Assembly (NCBI RefSeq): GCF_006345805.1
Contig: NC_043010.1
Span: 3,658,001-3,722,000 of the forward strand
Reading direction: 5' to 3'
Origin: Octopus sinensis
Lineage: Eukaryota
DNA length: 64,000 nt
In this document: positions 25,330 to 39,333 of the stretch, one piece after another
Layout: each line of letters opens with the position of its first letter
How positions within the stretch are numbered: the first letter of the stretch is position 1
Notes under the pieces: generated by a model
What the model was told of the DNA's origin: nothing
What the model saw: only the letters and a program-made list of their open reading frames with translations
Databases searched by the model: none
Position numbers and translations under genes: made by a program

Positions 25330-26950
25330 ATCATCATCATCATTTAACTTCTGCTTTCCATGCTAGCATGGGTTGGACGATTTGACTTACGACTGGCGAA
25401 CCAGATGTCTGCACCAGGCTCCAATCTGATCTGGCAGAGTTTCTACAGTTGGATGCCCTTCCTAACGCCAACCACTCCGAGAGTGTAGTGGATGCTTTAA
25501 CGTGCCACCGGCACGAGGGCCTGTCAGGCGGTACTGGCATCAGCCACGCTCAAATGGTGTTTTTTACGTGCCACCTGCACAGGAGCCAGTCCAGCGGTAC
25601 TGGCAACTATCTCACTCAAATGTTTTTTCACGTGCCACCGGCACAAGTTCCTATGAGTCGACGCTAATAATGATCATGCTTGAATGGTGCTTTTTATGTG
25701 CCACCCGCATGGAAGCCAGTCAGCTGCTTTGGCAACGATTACGCTTGGATGGTGCTTTTAGAGCTCCACTGGCACAGATGCCAGTCATCAAATTTGATTT
25801 CGATTTCGATTTCACTTGCCTCAACAGGTCTTCGCAAGCAGAGTTTAGTGTCCAATGAAGGAAAGGTACGCATAAGTGAACTGGTTATACTCCTGCATAG
25901 GCCATGGGGTTATGGTCTCACTTGGCTTGCTGGGTCTTCTCAGGCACAGCATATTTCCAAAGGTCTCGGTCACTAGTCATTACCTCGGTGAGGCCTAATG
26001 TTCGAAGGTCATGCTTCACCACATCATCCCAGGTTTTCCTGGGTCTACCTCTTCCACAGGTTCCCTCTACAGGTTGTGGTACTTTTTCACACAGCTATCC
26101 TCATCCATTTTTGCCACATGATGATACCACCACAGTCGTCTCTCTTGCACACCACATCTGATGCTTCTTATGTCCAACTTTTCTCTCAAGGCACTTACAC
26201 TCTGTCGAGTATGCACACAGACATTACACATCCATCGGAGCATACTGGCTTCATTTCTTGTGAGCTTACGCATGTCCTCAGCAGTCATGGCCCATGTTTC
26301 ATTGCCATGTAGCATGGCTGTTCGTACACATGCATCATACAGTCTACCTTTTACTCTGAGTGAGAGGCCCTTTGTCACCAGCAGAGGTAAGAGCTCTCTG
26401 AACTTAGCCCACGCTATTCTTATTCTAGCAGCTACACTTTCAGCACACCCTACCCAACTTCTGACTCGGTCACCTAGGTAATGGAACTATCAACTACTTC
26501 TAGTTTTTCTCCCTATGTGGCAGAAGTTGTTCTCTGCACATTTTCAGTGTTTATTGCTCCTGAGCACTGCCACATACAAAAGCTATCTTCCTAGTTAGCC
26601 TTCCTTTGATATTGCTGCACCTCTTATGTGTCCATAGCTTACACTGGGTACATCTTATAGAGTTTCTACCTACACCTTTTCTACAGATCGAGAAGGGCCA
26701 TCTACCTGAAGGGATTTGTGGTTTGTCTGCCTTCCTAATTATTAAGACTTTGGTTTTAGCTAGATTGACTCTAAGGCCCTTCTATTCTAATCCTTGATTC
26801 CACACCTGAAACTCCTCCTCTAGTTCTGATAGTGACTCAGCAATTAGAGCAAGGTCGTCAGCATAGAGGAGCACCCAAGAGTATCGTGTCTCTTGAACTC
26901 CTCTGTTATTGCCTGGAAGACTTTGATAAATAAGAGGGGGCTGAGGACTG
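25330..26950 (-). mobile_element. 5'-truncated RTE LINE (RT domain to 3' UTR and (TGA)n tail), frameshifted
   Basis: LLYADDLALIAESLSELEEEFQVWNQGLE; KGLSLRVKGRLYDACVRTAMLHGNETW; QERRLWWYHHV. The 3' UTR carries five roughly 65-bp repeats. Confidence 0.92.
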
Positions 26951-26956
26951 GCATAT

Positions 26957-26990
<34 letters not shown>

Positions 26991-27110
26991 AATATATTAA
27001 ATTAAAGACAAAACCACTATTAGGCAAATCAAGCAATGAAAAACTAAAGCCAATACATAAGATTATTTAATTTATATTATTTAAATATATATGTATATAT
27101 ATATATATGA

Positions 27111-27149
<39 letters not shown>

Positions 27150-27247
27150 TATATGTATATGCATATGTGTGTATATATATATATATGTATATGTGTGTAT
27201 ATATATATATATGTATATGTGTATATATATATATATGTATATTCGTG

Positions 27248-27280
<33 letters not shown>

Positions 27281-27348
27281 TCTATATATGTATATTTGTG
27301 TATATATTTATATTTATATATATATATTGATATGTCTGTATATGTGTG

Positions 27349-27379
<31 letters not shown>

Positions 27380-27649
27380 ATATGTCTATATATGTGTGTG
27401 ATGACATATAAATGCTTATGTATAAGTGTACTTATATGGCATGTGCTACATGTATGTGTTCTGCATATGAGTAGTTGTGTGTGATATGATATATATATAC
27501 ATATCATATCGTTTTCACATTTACTTTTCCATGTTTTCATGAGTCACATGGAATTTGTTGAAGCAGATTTTCTATGGTTGGGTGCCCTTCCTCTTACCAA
27601 CTGTTTTCAAGGACTTTCCTTGACTTTCAGAGATACCTTCACAATTCAA

Positions 27650-28215
27650 AGAATGGCAGAAATAGAAATATTCCATTTGTAGTCATTCACAATGCCAAAA
27701 ACTACAACTTGTATATGGTTAAATGAGCAATACCTTCCAATTCTATACCAGTCAACAAATTTAGGAGACTTATAGCCTCAAATTATTGATATTTGAAGAC
27801 AACCACCAAATATTAAAAGAGTTTTGACAAAGATGCATCAGGAGATGAAATAATACAGGTACAAAAAAATGTAAAAACCCACATTGTGGAATATGTGAAC
27901 TGATTGAAAAGAGCGAAACCTGAACTTTCAAGAATGGCAAGGAATTAAGTGTTCTGCAAATATGAATTACAAAATGAAAAATCTCATTTACTGCATTGTT
28001 TGTCTACAATGCAATTGAAAGTACATAGGCCAAACGATCAAAATTAAGTGAAAGGGTTAGGGTGCATAAGTAACAAATCAGATTTGACCTGTTAGAAATG
28101 TTGCATGTAGTGAATGTTTAAACATTTGTGCAAACAGAAAATGCAAAATAAAGGAAGAAATTATGAAAGGCAAAAGAGAATACTTTATAAGAATTCTAAA
28201 TCTGGAACTGAACCA
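27650..28215 (+). mobile_element. Penelope-like element linker plus GIY-YIG endonuclease relic
   Basis: RNIPFVVIHNAK, RQPPNIKRVLT, CKNPHCGIC, NLIYCIVCLQC..YIGQT, LSERVRVH; contains stops and frameshifts. Confidence 0.75.
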
Positions 28216-28760
28216 CAAATAGTGAAAACCATTGTTAAATGCTACTTCTGTACGAATTACATTATGTGGGTGTTTGAAAAGTCCTCTAATTAAACACATC
28301 ATATCTTCCTTAATACTTCAATTAAATCTGCCCACTAAGATAACCTATCTGTTATACTGTTATCAATGATCTACATTTCCTCTCTCTTTCTGTCACATTT
28401 ACGTATTTCTCTCCTACATACACTCTACTCTGCTGTTGAATATTCTGTATATACAAAAACTCCTTTCCTTAAAAGGTCTTTGTTAATCTCCTTTTCTAAT
28501 AATTTTAAAGATTTATTTTTATATAATTAATAATTTTTAATTTAAGAAAACCTTCCAAATGTTTGAGCATATCAAGGATGTTCCCTAAAATGTTTTTTAA
28601 AAACCTTACACACACACACAAATGTATGTGTTGTGTGTGTATCATCATCTTCATCATAGCTTTTATGGCTACACTTCCATGCTTGTATAGAGGGGACAAA
28701 ATTTGTCAAGGCAGATGCCCTCCCTCTCACCATTCCCCACATATTTCCAAGCAGTGTTTT

Positions 28761-28848
28761 TTGGGCAAGTGTTTTCTGCTATAGCCCCAGGCCGACCAAT
28801 GCCTTGTGAGTGGATTTGGTAGACAGAAACTGAAAGAAGCCTGTCATG

Positions 28849-28897
<49 letters not shown>

Positions 28898-29118
28898 ATG
28901 TGTTTGTGTGTCTGTGTTTGTCTCCCTAGCATTGCTTGACAACCGATGCTGGTGTGTTTACATCCCCGTCACTTAGCGGTTCGGCAAAAGAGACTGATAG
29001 AATAAGTACTGGGCTTACAAAGAATAAGTCCCGGGGTCGAATTGCTCGACTAAAGGTGGTGCTCCAGCATGACCGCAGTCAAATGACTGAAACAAGTAAA
29101 AGAGAGTAAAAGAGAGTA
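28761..29118 (+). mobile_element. SINE family A, 5'-truncated
   Basis: Body and tail match family A. Confidence 0.88.
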
Positions 29119-29931
29119 ATCCTTCAAATGGCCAGATGTGATTTTGTGGAATTTTGAATGATATTGCTTGTATGACAGTGAAAGTTGTTGACGACTATAT
29201 TGTATTGTTCAATGTAAAGTGAAAACACACACACACATGTATGCATACATATATAAACAATGGGGCTCTTTCAGATCCTCTAAGCCAAATCCACTCATAA
29301 GGCTTTGGTCTGCTTGGGGTTATAGTATTTTGTGTATATAAAAGTGCAGGTATGACTATGATTAATAAGTTTAGTTTCTAATCACATGCTTTTGGCTCCA
29401 GTTCCACTAAGGGTCTAGTGTCTTTGGTCAAGTGTCTTCGGTCAAGTGTCTTTTTCTGTAGCCCAAAGCTGAAAAAAGCCTGATGAGTGAATATGGTCAG
29501 CACAAACTAAAAGAAGGAAGAATGTTCTAAGTCTTTTATAAGCTAAATATACAGAATATACAACAGTAGAGTAGAGTGTATTTAAGAGAGAAATATGTAA
29601 ATGTGACAAAAAGAGAAAGAGGAAATGTAGACCATTGACAACAGTATAACAGATAGGTTATTGTAGTGGGCAGATTTAATTGAAGTATTAAGGAAGATAT
29701 GATGTCTTTAATTAGAAGATTTAAATTGAAAAAAATTAGTAATCAGTTGACTAGAGCATGGTCTCTGTATGATCAAAACTGTTACATTAGAGAACTACTT
29801 TTATTTGAAAAGACATTAAATGGCAGTAGGAATCATTCTTATTGACTGTTTCCAAGTATTTGATTTGAGAAACCATTTGAAATATCTGAGGGCTTTAAGC
29901 TGAATTTTGGTGAAGAAAGATTTGGAAACAA

Positions 29932-30343
29932 TACTCTTTACTCTCTTTTACTTGTTTCAGTCATTTGACTGCGGCCATGCTGGAGCACCGCCTTTAGTCG
30001 TGCAAATCGACCCCGGGACTTATTCTTTGTAAGCCCAGTACTTATTCTATCGGCCTCTTTTGCCGAACCGCTAAGTGACGGGGACGTAAACACACCAGCA
30101 TCGGTTGTCAAGCGATGTTGATCGGACAAATACAGACACACAAACATACACACACATATATACATATATATACATATATACGGCGGGCTTCTTTCAGTTT
30201 CCGTCTACCAAATCCACTCACAAGGCATTGGTCGGCCCGGGGCTATAGCAGAAGACACTTGCCCAAGGTGCCACGCAGTGGGACTGAACCTGGAACCATG
30301 TGGTTGGTAAGCAAGCTACTTACCACACAGCCACTCCTGCACC
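29932..30343 (-). mobile_element. SINE family A
   Basis: Full-length reverse copy. Confidence 0.9.
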
Positions 30344-30874
30344 TATATTTCATAACTTTTAGAAATACACATTATACATGCCCTGTTGGAATAGTTATAA
30401 GGTTTAGCAAACATATTAATCTCCACTTGATTTCGTAGCTTTTGTGTGTGTGCGTGTGTGTGTGTAAGAGAGAGAGAGAGAGTGTGTGTGTGTGTGTAAT
30501 TGTGCAAGAATGGCTCTGTGATTAAGAAGCTTACTTTACTGCTGCATTGGGTTTGAGTTTGAGATCGCTGCATGGTACCTAATAACTAAAACTATGACTT
30601 CAAATGGAAATTAATATCTTTACCAACCTTATAACTATTTCTAGTCATGTATACTGTGCAATTTTGCGAGTTAGGAAATATTGTTTCCAAATCTTTCTTC
30701 ACCGAAGTTCAGTTCAAAAGTCTCAAATATTTCAATGGTTTCTCAAACCACATACTTGAAAATAGTCAATAAGAATGATTTCCACTTCAATATGATGTCT
30801 TTTTCAAATAAAAGTAATTCATTAATGTGGCTGTTTTGATCATAAACACTATGCTCTATCCAACATACACGCAT

Positions 30875-30967
30875 GTGTGTGTGTGTGAGTGTGTTGTAAG
30901 TGTGTGTGAGTGTGTTGTGAGTGTGTGTGTGTGTGTGAGTGTGTGTGAGTGTGCATGTGTGTGTGTG

Positions 30968-31000
<33 letters not shown>

Positions 31001-31505
31001 TGTGTGAGTGTGTGTGTGCGTGTGTGTGTGTGTGTGTGAGTGTGTGTGTTGTGTGTGTTGTGTGTGTGTGTGTGTGGTGTGTGTGTGTGTTGTGTGTGTG
31101 TGTGTGTTGTGTGTGTGTGTGTGTTGTGTGTGTGTGTGTGAGTGTGTGTTGTGTGTGTGTGAGTGTGTGTGTGTGTGTGAGTGTGTGAGTGTGTGTGTGC
31201 GTGTGTGTGTGTGTGTGAGTGTGTGTGTGTGTGTGTTGTGTGTGTGTGTGTTGTGTGTGTGTTGTGTGTATGTGTGTGTGAGTGTGTGTGTGTGTGAGTG
31301 TTGTGGTGTGTGAGTGTGTGTGTTGTGTGTTGTGTGTGTGTGTGGTGTGTGTGTGTGTGAGTGTTGTGTGTGTGTGAGTGTGTGTGTGTGAGTGTGTGTG
31401 TGTGTTTGTGTGTAAGTGTGTGTGTGTTGTGTGTGTGTGTGTGAGTGTGTGTGTGTGTGAGTTTGTGTGAGTGTGAGTTTGTGTGTGTGTGTGTGTGTGT
31501 GCGTG
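30875..31505. repeat. 630-bp compound (GT)n tract with GA and TT variant steps
   Basis: Direct reading; source of the His/Thr and Cys/Val ORFs. Confidence 0.97.
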
Positions 31506-31539
31506 TGTACACAAATGTAAACGTTAAAATGGTGGAAGT

Positions 31540-32250
31540 GATGGAAACTGGTTTGTACACCTACATCTGGGTCTCTCACTCATTGGCTTCCTTTTCAATC
31601 TTCATTTGCACCACCACTGCTTTTTCATTACTCTCTCATCTTTCCATTACTATCCTATTCACTGTGCCATGTTTATCTGTTTGAGAAGGAATTAATAAGG
31701 AATCTGTCCGGATTCCATTTACCCTTACCTTCCTGCCACCAGCCACATCACTCTTCTAACCTTTCTGTCTCTTAAATCAAGATGCTTGTGTGACAAATGA
31801 TTGTATCAGATCTGTTAATGTCCAACATACCCCTACCATCGCTTCTCTGTAATGCTAGCCATCACACTCTCCCCTCAAGGTCACTCACTATTGATATCCA
31901 TCTATCTCTTGTACCATTGCCCAGCCCCTTCTTATGGCTGTCCATTATTTACTTTCTTCACCAGCAATCATCACCATTTTGCTCTTCTAGCCATCACTCT
32001 CTCTCTTTCTCTCTCCCAAGTTACTCATTATTGACATCCGTCACTTTCTTGCTCTCTTTCTTACCTGCAAGAATAGCTGTCATCATGCTATCAGCTATTT
32101 TTCTTCTTCGCTCCCTGCTATTACCGTGTTTCCTACATTACTTTCTCCTCCAACATCATAACACCATATTCTCACTTACTTTACCTTCTCAACCAAACTC
32201 ACCTCCTGTCATCATCCCTCTTTCTTTCATTCACCAGGTCACATTGCCTG
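31540..32250 (-). mobile_element. Very decayed RTE-like LINE relic
   Basis: Purine-rich minus strand with a faint RT C-terminal resemblance near 31560-31680. Confidence 0.35.
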
Positions 32251-32840
32251 AATAGTGGGAGACAATGTAAAGTAGTTGAGGGTTGTTTAGTCTTGTGATG
32301 TACAATGCAACCTCACTGGTATTCTGATAAAATGCACCCAGTGGACTCTGTAGAGTGTTAGGGAAGATGTGGGGAGTCTAGAGTTGAGAGCACTGTTTAA
32401 ATAATAATAATAATATTGAAATTATTGTATACAGTGCTCAGGTGAACCACAACTTGTCAGAAAGTGCATATAAAGTACATGCAGTAATGTAAAAATGTCT
32501 GGAAAGCGAACAATGTATGAGTCAGATACATGCTTGTGTATGTATGGAGGGGAGAAAATCAGGTGTAGTGTAGGTGAATCTCTTAGTTTTGTTGAGGATA
32601 TAAAAGTGTTGGTATAATAAAATACACATGGAAATTTTGTTAAAAGGTTGGTGTTGAAAACAATGTCTATCAGTAGAAGCCAATCTAAAAGTAAAATGTA
32701 CAAGTTAAATGTGTTATGCCAACCTAAGAAGGTAGTAACTCCAATTAAGATCTGATTTGGATGTTCTGACCAATAGATTGTGGGGAGATAATGATGATGC
32801 CACCCACACATATACTCATACATATAAATGTATGTATGTA

Positions 32841-33227
32841 TACTCTTTACTCTTTTACTTGTTTCAGTCATCCGACTGCGGCCATGCTGGAGCACCGCCT
32901 TTTAGTCGAGCAAATCGACCCCGGTACTTATTCTATCGATCTCTTTTGCCGAACCGCTAAGCGACGGGGACGTAAACACACCAGCATCGGTTGTCAAGCA
33001 ATGCTAGGGAGAGAAACACAAACATACACACACATAAATATATATATATATATATACATATATACGACAGGCTTCTTTCAATTTCCGTCTACCAAATCCA
33101 CTCACAAGTCATTGGTCGGCCCGGGGCTATAGTAGAAGACACTTGCCCAAGATGCCACGCAGTGGGACTGAACCCGGAACCATGTGGTTGGTTAGCAAGC
33201 TACTTACCACACAGCCACTCCTGCGCC
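32841..33227 (-). mobile_element. SINE family A
   Basis: Near full-length reverse copy. Confidence 0.9.
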
Positions 33228-34654
33228 TTTATTTTATGTATGTACACTTTATTTAAAAAAAAATTATTAAACAACTTTAGAGTAGACTTGAAATTATAAC
33301 AACAGGAAAGTTTTTCTTGACCTCAAAAATATACATTATGGAATAAAGAACAAAGAAAAGAAATAGACAAACATTTTCAAGAATGAAGAGTTGAAACAAA
33401 GAATTTGAAAAAATAAATAATAATCTAAATTGGACAGATAGCAGGTCTTCTTTTAATGTAAAGAACCCCCCAAAATGCAAAGTATTTCAGATCTTATATC
33501 TGTTATTGAACAAATGCCCTGATATAATTTTTTGCATATAGATTTCTATAAACTTTAGTGTGGTTCAGTTTAAAAGTTTGAAACTAGAATAATTCATGTG
33601 TCTACTTACATAAAAAATCTGAGATCCACTGTAAAATCCATTTCTGAGGAGTCAATTTTGAAGATGTTTTTAATAAGTAAGTCCGAGGAAAAGTGCTAAC
33701 TTGAGACAATACAATAAGATTTGACACAACTTTGTCAAATCTGTTGTACCAGTTACCATCACAGCTCTTAATATTCCTTATTAACGGTATTCAGGGTGCT
33801 GCATCAACATCAGCAAGCCTAAAAATGTAAAAAATTTTCAATATATTATAAATTTCTAAACTGCAACAAAAAACAGTTTAATAAACTTTGTTGGAGTAAA
33901 CATGATACATTCTCGGCAATATGAAATACATACAAGCATTAGACTTTTAAATTCTGTTTCCAAAACAAGGCACTTTCTATCAAGTTGTGTGACAATGTCA
34001 AAAGTTTTCATGACTAAGCCAGTGTAAGAAACAAAATATGGAAGTTTGTGAACAAACCTGTATAGCTGATTGGATGAGTGTACTATGAGGTGAACTAGAA
34101 AGGTCACTATAATCTCATAGGCTATTTGAAAGCTTGCTAATATTTGAAGAATATAACAATAAGTATATGTGCATGATGAACTTAGGTGTTTCGTATATCA
34201 ATAGGTTGTTTAGGAAATTAACTACTACAAATTTCAAATGAAACACTGACAACCTGAAGAAAAGGAAAAAGCGGAATGTTAAATTTGCGAGTATTAATTT
34301 TTTTCCTGATTAAATACAAGACCAGGGCTTACTACTCATGTAAATTTGTTCTTGAATCTATATACATAAATAATGGCCATCTGCTTGATAGGCAAAAATT
34401 CATTGACCAATGCTACAAGCACAGGCTCATTGATGTTCCGTGTAAGGCTTCTCTGTTTTCTATTGGCTTTACAACAGTCTTTACTTTTTCTGTATTTGTT
34501 AACTTAATCAATACTTCTGTTTCTCTTTTCACAATCACCATTTTTCGATCTCCCACTCACTCTCTGTATAAAACACACTACCTGATCCTTCGTTTACAAA
34601 ATTACATTATTCTTGTATTCTATTCACATTTACTTCACAAACTTTAAACTTTAG

Positions 34655-34970
34655 GTGGAGGCACATGGCCTAGTGGTTAGAGCAGTGGACTCGCGGTCGA
34701 GGGATCGTGGGTTCGAATCTCAGACCGGACGATGTGTGTGTTTATGAGTGAAACACCTAAGCTCCACGCGGCTCTGGCAGAAGGTAATGGCGAAACTTCT
34801 GCTGACTCTTTCGCCACAACTTTCTCTCACTCTTTCCTCCTGCATCTTGCAGCTCACCTGTGATGGACTGGTGTCCCGTCCAGGTGGGGAACCTATATGC
34901 CAAGAGACCAGGAAACCGGCCCTTATGAGCCAGGCATGGCTCAAGAAGGAACAAACAACAACAACAACAA
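34655..34970 (+). mobile_element. tRNA-headed SINE family D with (AAC)n tail and TSD
   Basis: A box TGGCCTAGTGG, B box GGTTCGAATC; AAACTTTAGGT occurs on both sides. Confidence 0.85.
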
Positions 34971-35589
34971 ACTTTAGGTATTCTGAAAATTAATCTTTAT
35001 CATGTAGCTTATGCTGGATAATTTTCATGGAGGATATGCATGTAGAATGAACACTATCTTACTTTCTTGTCACCTCAATAAAATAGAAGGAAGCTTGCAA
35101 AACAATCCCACCCTTGGAATTTTGAAGGATATATGTAAATCTGATCTGTTCATCAAAAGGTAGAGAACACCTGAGAATGTATTATCATTCTTTTATATAT
35201 TTTCTTAGTTCGGGTTTCCAAAAAACTAGATATTGAAACAAAAGTATGTGCAAATAAATGTAGCTCTATATTTTCATGCATGTGTATTTAGTAATGTGTG
35301 TGTTTATGCATATCATCATCATCATCATCATCAACAGCATCACCATTTTAATGACTGTTTTTCTTACTGACGTGGCTGGAAAAGTCTGCTGTCACTGTTC
35401 TCTTCAACATTTTTCTAAATCCTGTGAAACCAACAGACTGAGATTGCACACACCATTTATTCCATGGCTTCCCATGTCTACTTTTGCCACAGAAAGTTTA
35501 TAACACATTTGCTTTCGGCACTCATCCATTCACATCAAATTTCCATTTCATTGTATTAATTTCTCCTGTCCACACATTGACTAATGACT

Positions 35590-35817
35590 TTAACCCTTTA
35601 GTGTTTAAACCGGCTGTATCTGGCCCAAATATTCTACACATTTTATGCTCAAACTGGCCAGAACCAGCATCTCACACCTACCCTGCAATGTCATTCTAAA
35701 AATAAGCAATTATATCTTTCCTATCTTGAAGCTACAAAATAATATCAGATAAACTTTTTTTAATGTGAATAAATAAGGATTACTTTTGACAAATTAATCT
35801 GAATGCTAAAGGGTTAA
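35590..35817. mobile_element. piggyBac-like MITE
   Basis: TTAA-CCCTTTAG ... CTAAAGGG-TTAA termini. Confidence 0.75.
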
Positions 35818-38800
35818 TGTCCAACTGTATTCTTAACTCACTTTATCTGAGTTAAAACTTCATATTTAACATATCATATTTCACTTCAGTTGTACAGATC
35901 TTAAAAATTTGCTGTTCATTTTATCACAACTATTTAGTATCACACTTCCATAGGTGAGGTGACAAGGGAGAAAATATGTCGGTGCTCTATGACTTAGGTG
36001 CTATGAAACTTCTCATGGTCAGAATATTGAGTGTCAAATATTTTCAAATTTGCTGTATAAAAATGATATAAAAAAAGTTAACTTAATCTAACCACGTATG
36101 TTTACTTGAGCATTTAAGTCAAAATATGTTCAGTTGATCTGTTTTGATGTGATGTTTAATTTTATAAATGCATATTTATAGTATCATCTCATTCTTAGAG
36201 ATACAAGTGTATCAGCCTCCTTAAAGTGTTGGATAGATGAGACTACTCAGCCTGCTAGAAATAGCAACCAAATTCCTTCATATTACACCTCTCTGCCTTT
36301 AAGAATGTTGTCGAGTGTATTAACTAATGCAGTCTTAGATGTGCAAAAAGACAGGTTGATCAGGGATGGAAAAACTTTGATCATATGTCTGTTTGATCAA
36401 AGCAGACTGAATTTTAAAACACCCATCAACACTGCTTAAAACCTCAAGTTTTAGTTGATCTAAAGCATCTTAATTCTCCTCTACAGTGTGTCTCCTTTGT
36501 TCTTATTGTGGTTGTTACCGTCTATTGGTATTGTTATTGTTCATTAGTCTGACATGAGATCAAGTAAATCTTAAAGGTATTTTTCGACTGTTTTTGGTCA
36601 TTACATATTTTTTTGTTTTTCAAGCATAGGGTATCTAAGAAATCTGCTATCCTTCCATACTGCTATCCTTCCATACTTTTATTATTTTAAGCACCAAGCC
36701 AGCTCCAATCAAAAAGACTCTTATCAAATGCACTTTTTTCTGAAATCATCCAGTCTCTATTCTGTTCTTAGACACACTGTATCAATGACCACATTATCCA
36801 GTTGTGTCTTTCCATTCTTTTTAAGAGAGTGAGGTCTGATATGACAAAGAATGGGTTACTATTTCCAGTAGGTCGAGTGACCACACAGATATCCTTTTAT
36901 GGTTACCTTGCAGCATTTGCACCTACACACCTTGCATTGCATGATTAATTAAGCGACCAACACAGTATTTATATCGCCTGATACATTCTGTATCTCAATA
37001 CATATTCAAGATAGGCGGGCAGCTTTTCTTCCTAAATTCATTATTGCTTCTAGGCAAAGTCACTTGTATTGATAATTTCACAATTCCACGAAAGAACTGA
37101 TATAATTATCTATACATAATTATCTGTATGTATGTTCATTTAAATCTATATGTGGGTGGGAATATCTCAATTTATATCATTATATGTTTAAGTTAGGAAT
37201 ATTTTGTAAATTCAAGAACAGTATGCATTAATTTTTAAACATTAGTTGACAAAATTGATGACTGAAGCTCAGAAACAATTATATGTATTTGTATGTAATT
37301 ATTTGCATGTAGGTGTACTGTTACTCTGGAGTTTAAAAAATCCTCCATGAATTCCTTGCTTTCTTTTTTTTTAATTTTTATTTGCAACTGTAATTCTTGG
37401 CATAGATTAACAACTTGCTTTTCTCCTTCCTACTAGCTAGCCTGGTTGTAGGTCTGAGTATGCATATATATATACATATGCATATGTATAGAAGGAAGTG
37501 TATGTTCTACTCATTTAAACTGATCCTTTTGACCTTAGTTCCATTGTGTATTCATCTGTTTAGCTATTTACATGTATGCATGGTTATGTGTGTGAATGTA
37601 GGAGTCAGTCTCTTTCCCTTTTATATATTCTTCTTATTCTATTTTTCTCTTCTCCTTTTGTTTCCTTCCCCACTTTTTTACCCTAACCTCCATCTGTGTG
37701 TATGTTTGTTCCTGTATGCACACTTGCTAGCATTTCCTTCTCCCCTTGCTAAGTGTTTTACTTCTACTTTTCTCTGGTCAAAAGCCAACTTGTAATTTCA
37801 ACCAAGTGTATGTCCCTCTATCTTTCATCACAGTGCTGTGTCTTCATCTTCTTGCTAATCTATTCCTGTCTGAGGAGCTGTCTATACAGTAAGATAACTT
37901 TAGAGTAACAGGTCACTGGATTAACCTAAATAAACTCATCCCATATGTATGTATATATTTTTCTGTTCAGTTTTGTTTTACTTGTCTGAGTCATTGAACT
38001 GTAATCATACTGAAGCACTGCCTTGAAGGTTTAGTCTATCAAACTGAACTCAGAGCTATTTGAAATTTGATACTTATTCTATCAGCCTCTTTTTGTTGAA
38101 CTTCTAAGTTACAGGAACACAAACAAAGCAACACAGGTTGTCGAGCAGTCAGAGATAAACACTAATCTACCTACTTTCAAACTGGCTTCTACACAGTTTT
38201 CCTCTATCAGCTTCACTCTCAAGGCATTTTGTGTGTGTGTGTGTGTGTGTGTGTCAGAGAGAGAGAGAGGGAGAGAGAGAGAAAGTGAATTTATCTCTCT
38301 TTCCACATGCATACACAGTTTCTCTACAAGTCAACAAAACCAGTAAGTTTCCATAGTCTTCCAGAGATTAACTGCACCATTGAGTCTAGGCAAACTTAAT
38401 CTAGTTTGCTGACTTCACAATTTTATATTCTGCCCAAAGTCACAGCTTGTTATGCTTGCATTTGAAGGAAATTTTAACCATCAATGTGTGCTGTCAGTTA
38501 ACCCTACTTGAACAGATCAAAAGATCATAAGCATTTAAGCTGTGACCATGTTATTGTTATTCTTTCTGTGAAGCAGACTATATTATCCAATGCATTCTCT
38601 TTCTTTTAGGATGGTAGTGTGTACCTTTAGGGAGATTTGGCAGCTGTTGTTGATCAAATTTTTGTTAAAATGTGGGATGACCAAAACAGCAGAGTACCTA
38701 ATTAAATATATTGAGTAATTAGTTATATCCCTTTATGTTTTGTGTTCAAATTCTGGTGACACTGACTTTACCTTTGAAGCCTCAGGGTTTAGTAAAACAA

Positions 38801-38928
38801 GGGCCAGTTGTTGATTCAATCATTTTGAACCTTTTGCTCAAAATACTAAAGAAGTTTCTGCATTGGTTCTTCTGCAGAAACTTCCACAAATCACACTCTA
38901 CTGGATAATGTAATCTTGTGTGCATATA

Positions 38929-39333
38929 GGTGCAGGAGTGGCTGTGTGGTAAGTAGCTTGCTTACCAACCACATGGCTCCGGGTTCAGTCCCACTGCGTG
39001 GCATCTTGGGCAAGTGTCTTCTGCTATAGCCCCGGGTCGACCAATGCCTTGTGAGTGGATTTGGTAGACGGAAACTTAAAGAAGTCTGTCGTATATATGT
39101 ATATATATATATTTGTATGTGTGTGTCTGTGTTTGTCCACCTAGCATTGCTTGACAACCGATGCTGGTGTGTTTACGTCCCTGTCACTTAGCGGTTCAGA
39201 AAAAGAGACCGATAGAATAAGTACTGGGCTTACAAAGAATAAGTCCCGGGGTCGATTTGCTCGACTAAAGGCGGTGCTCCAGCATGGCCGCAGTCAAATG
39301 ACTGAAACAAGTAAAAGAGTAAAAGAGTAAAAG
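38929..39333 (+). mobile_element. SINE family A
   Basis: Full-length copy. Confidence 0.9.

Noticed and set aside
30743-31579. 278-aa His/Thr-rich ORF, the longest in the window
   Set aside because: It is the reverse strand of the compound GT tract; no domain or splice context.
37845-37899. Possible plus-strand exon between TTTCATCACAG and GTAAG
   Set aside because: No recognisable peptide and no supporting exons.
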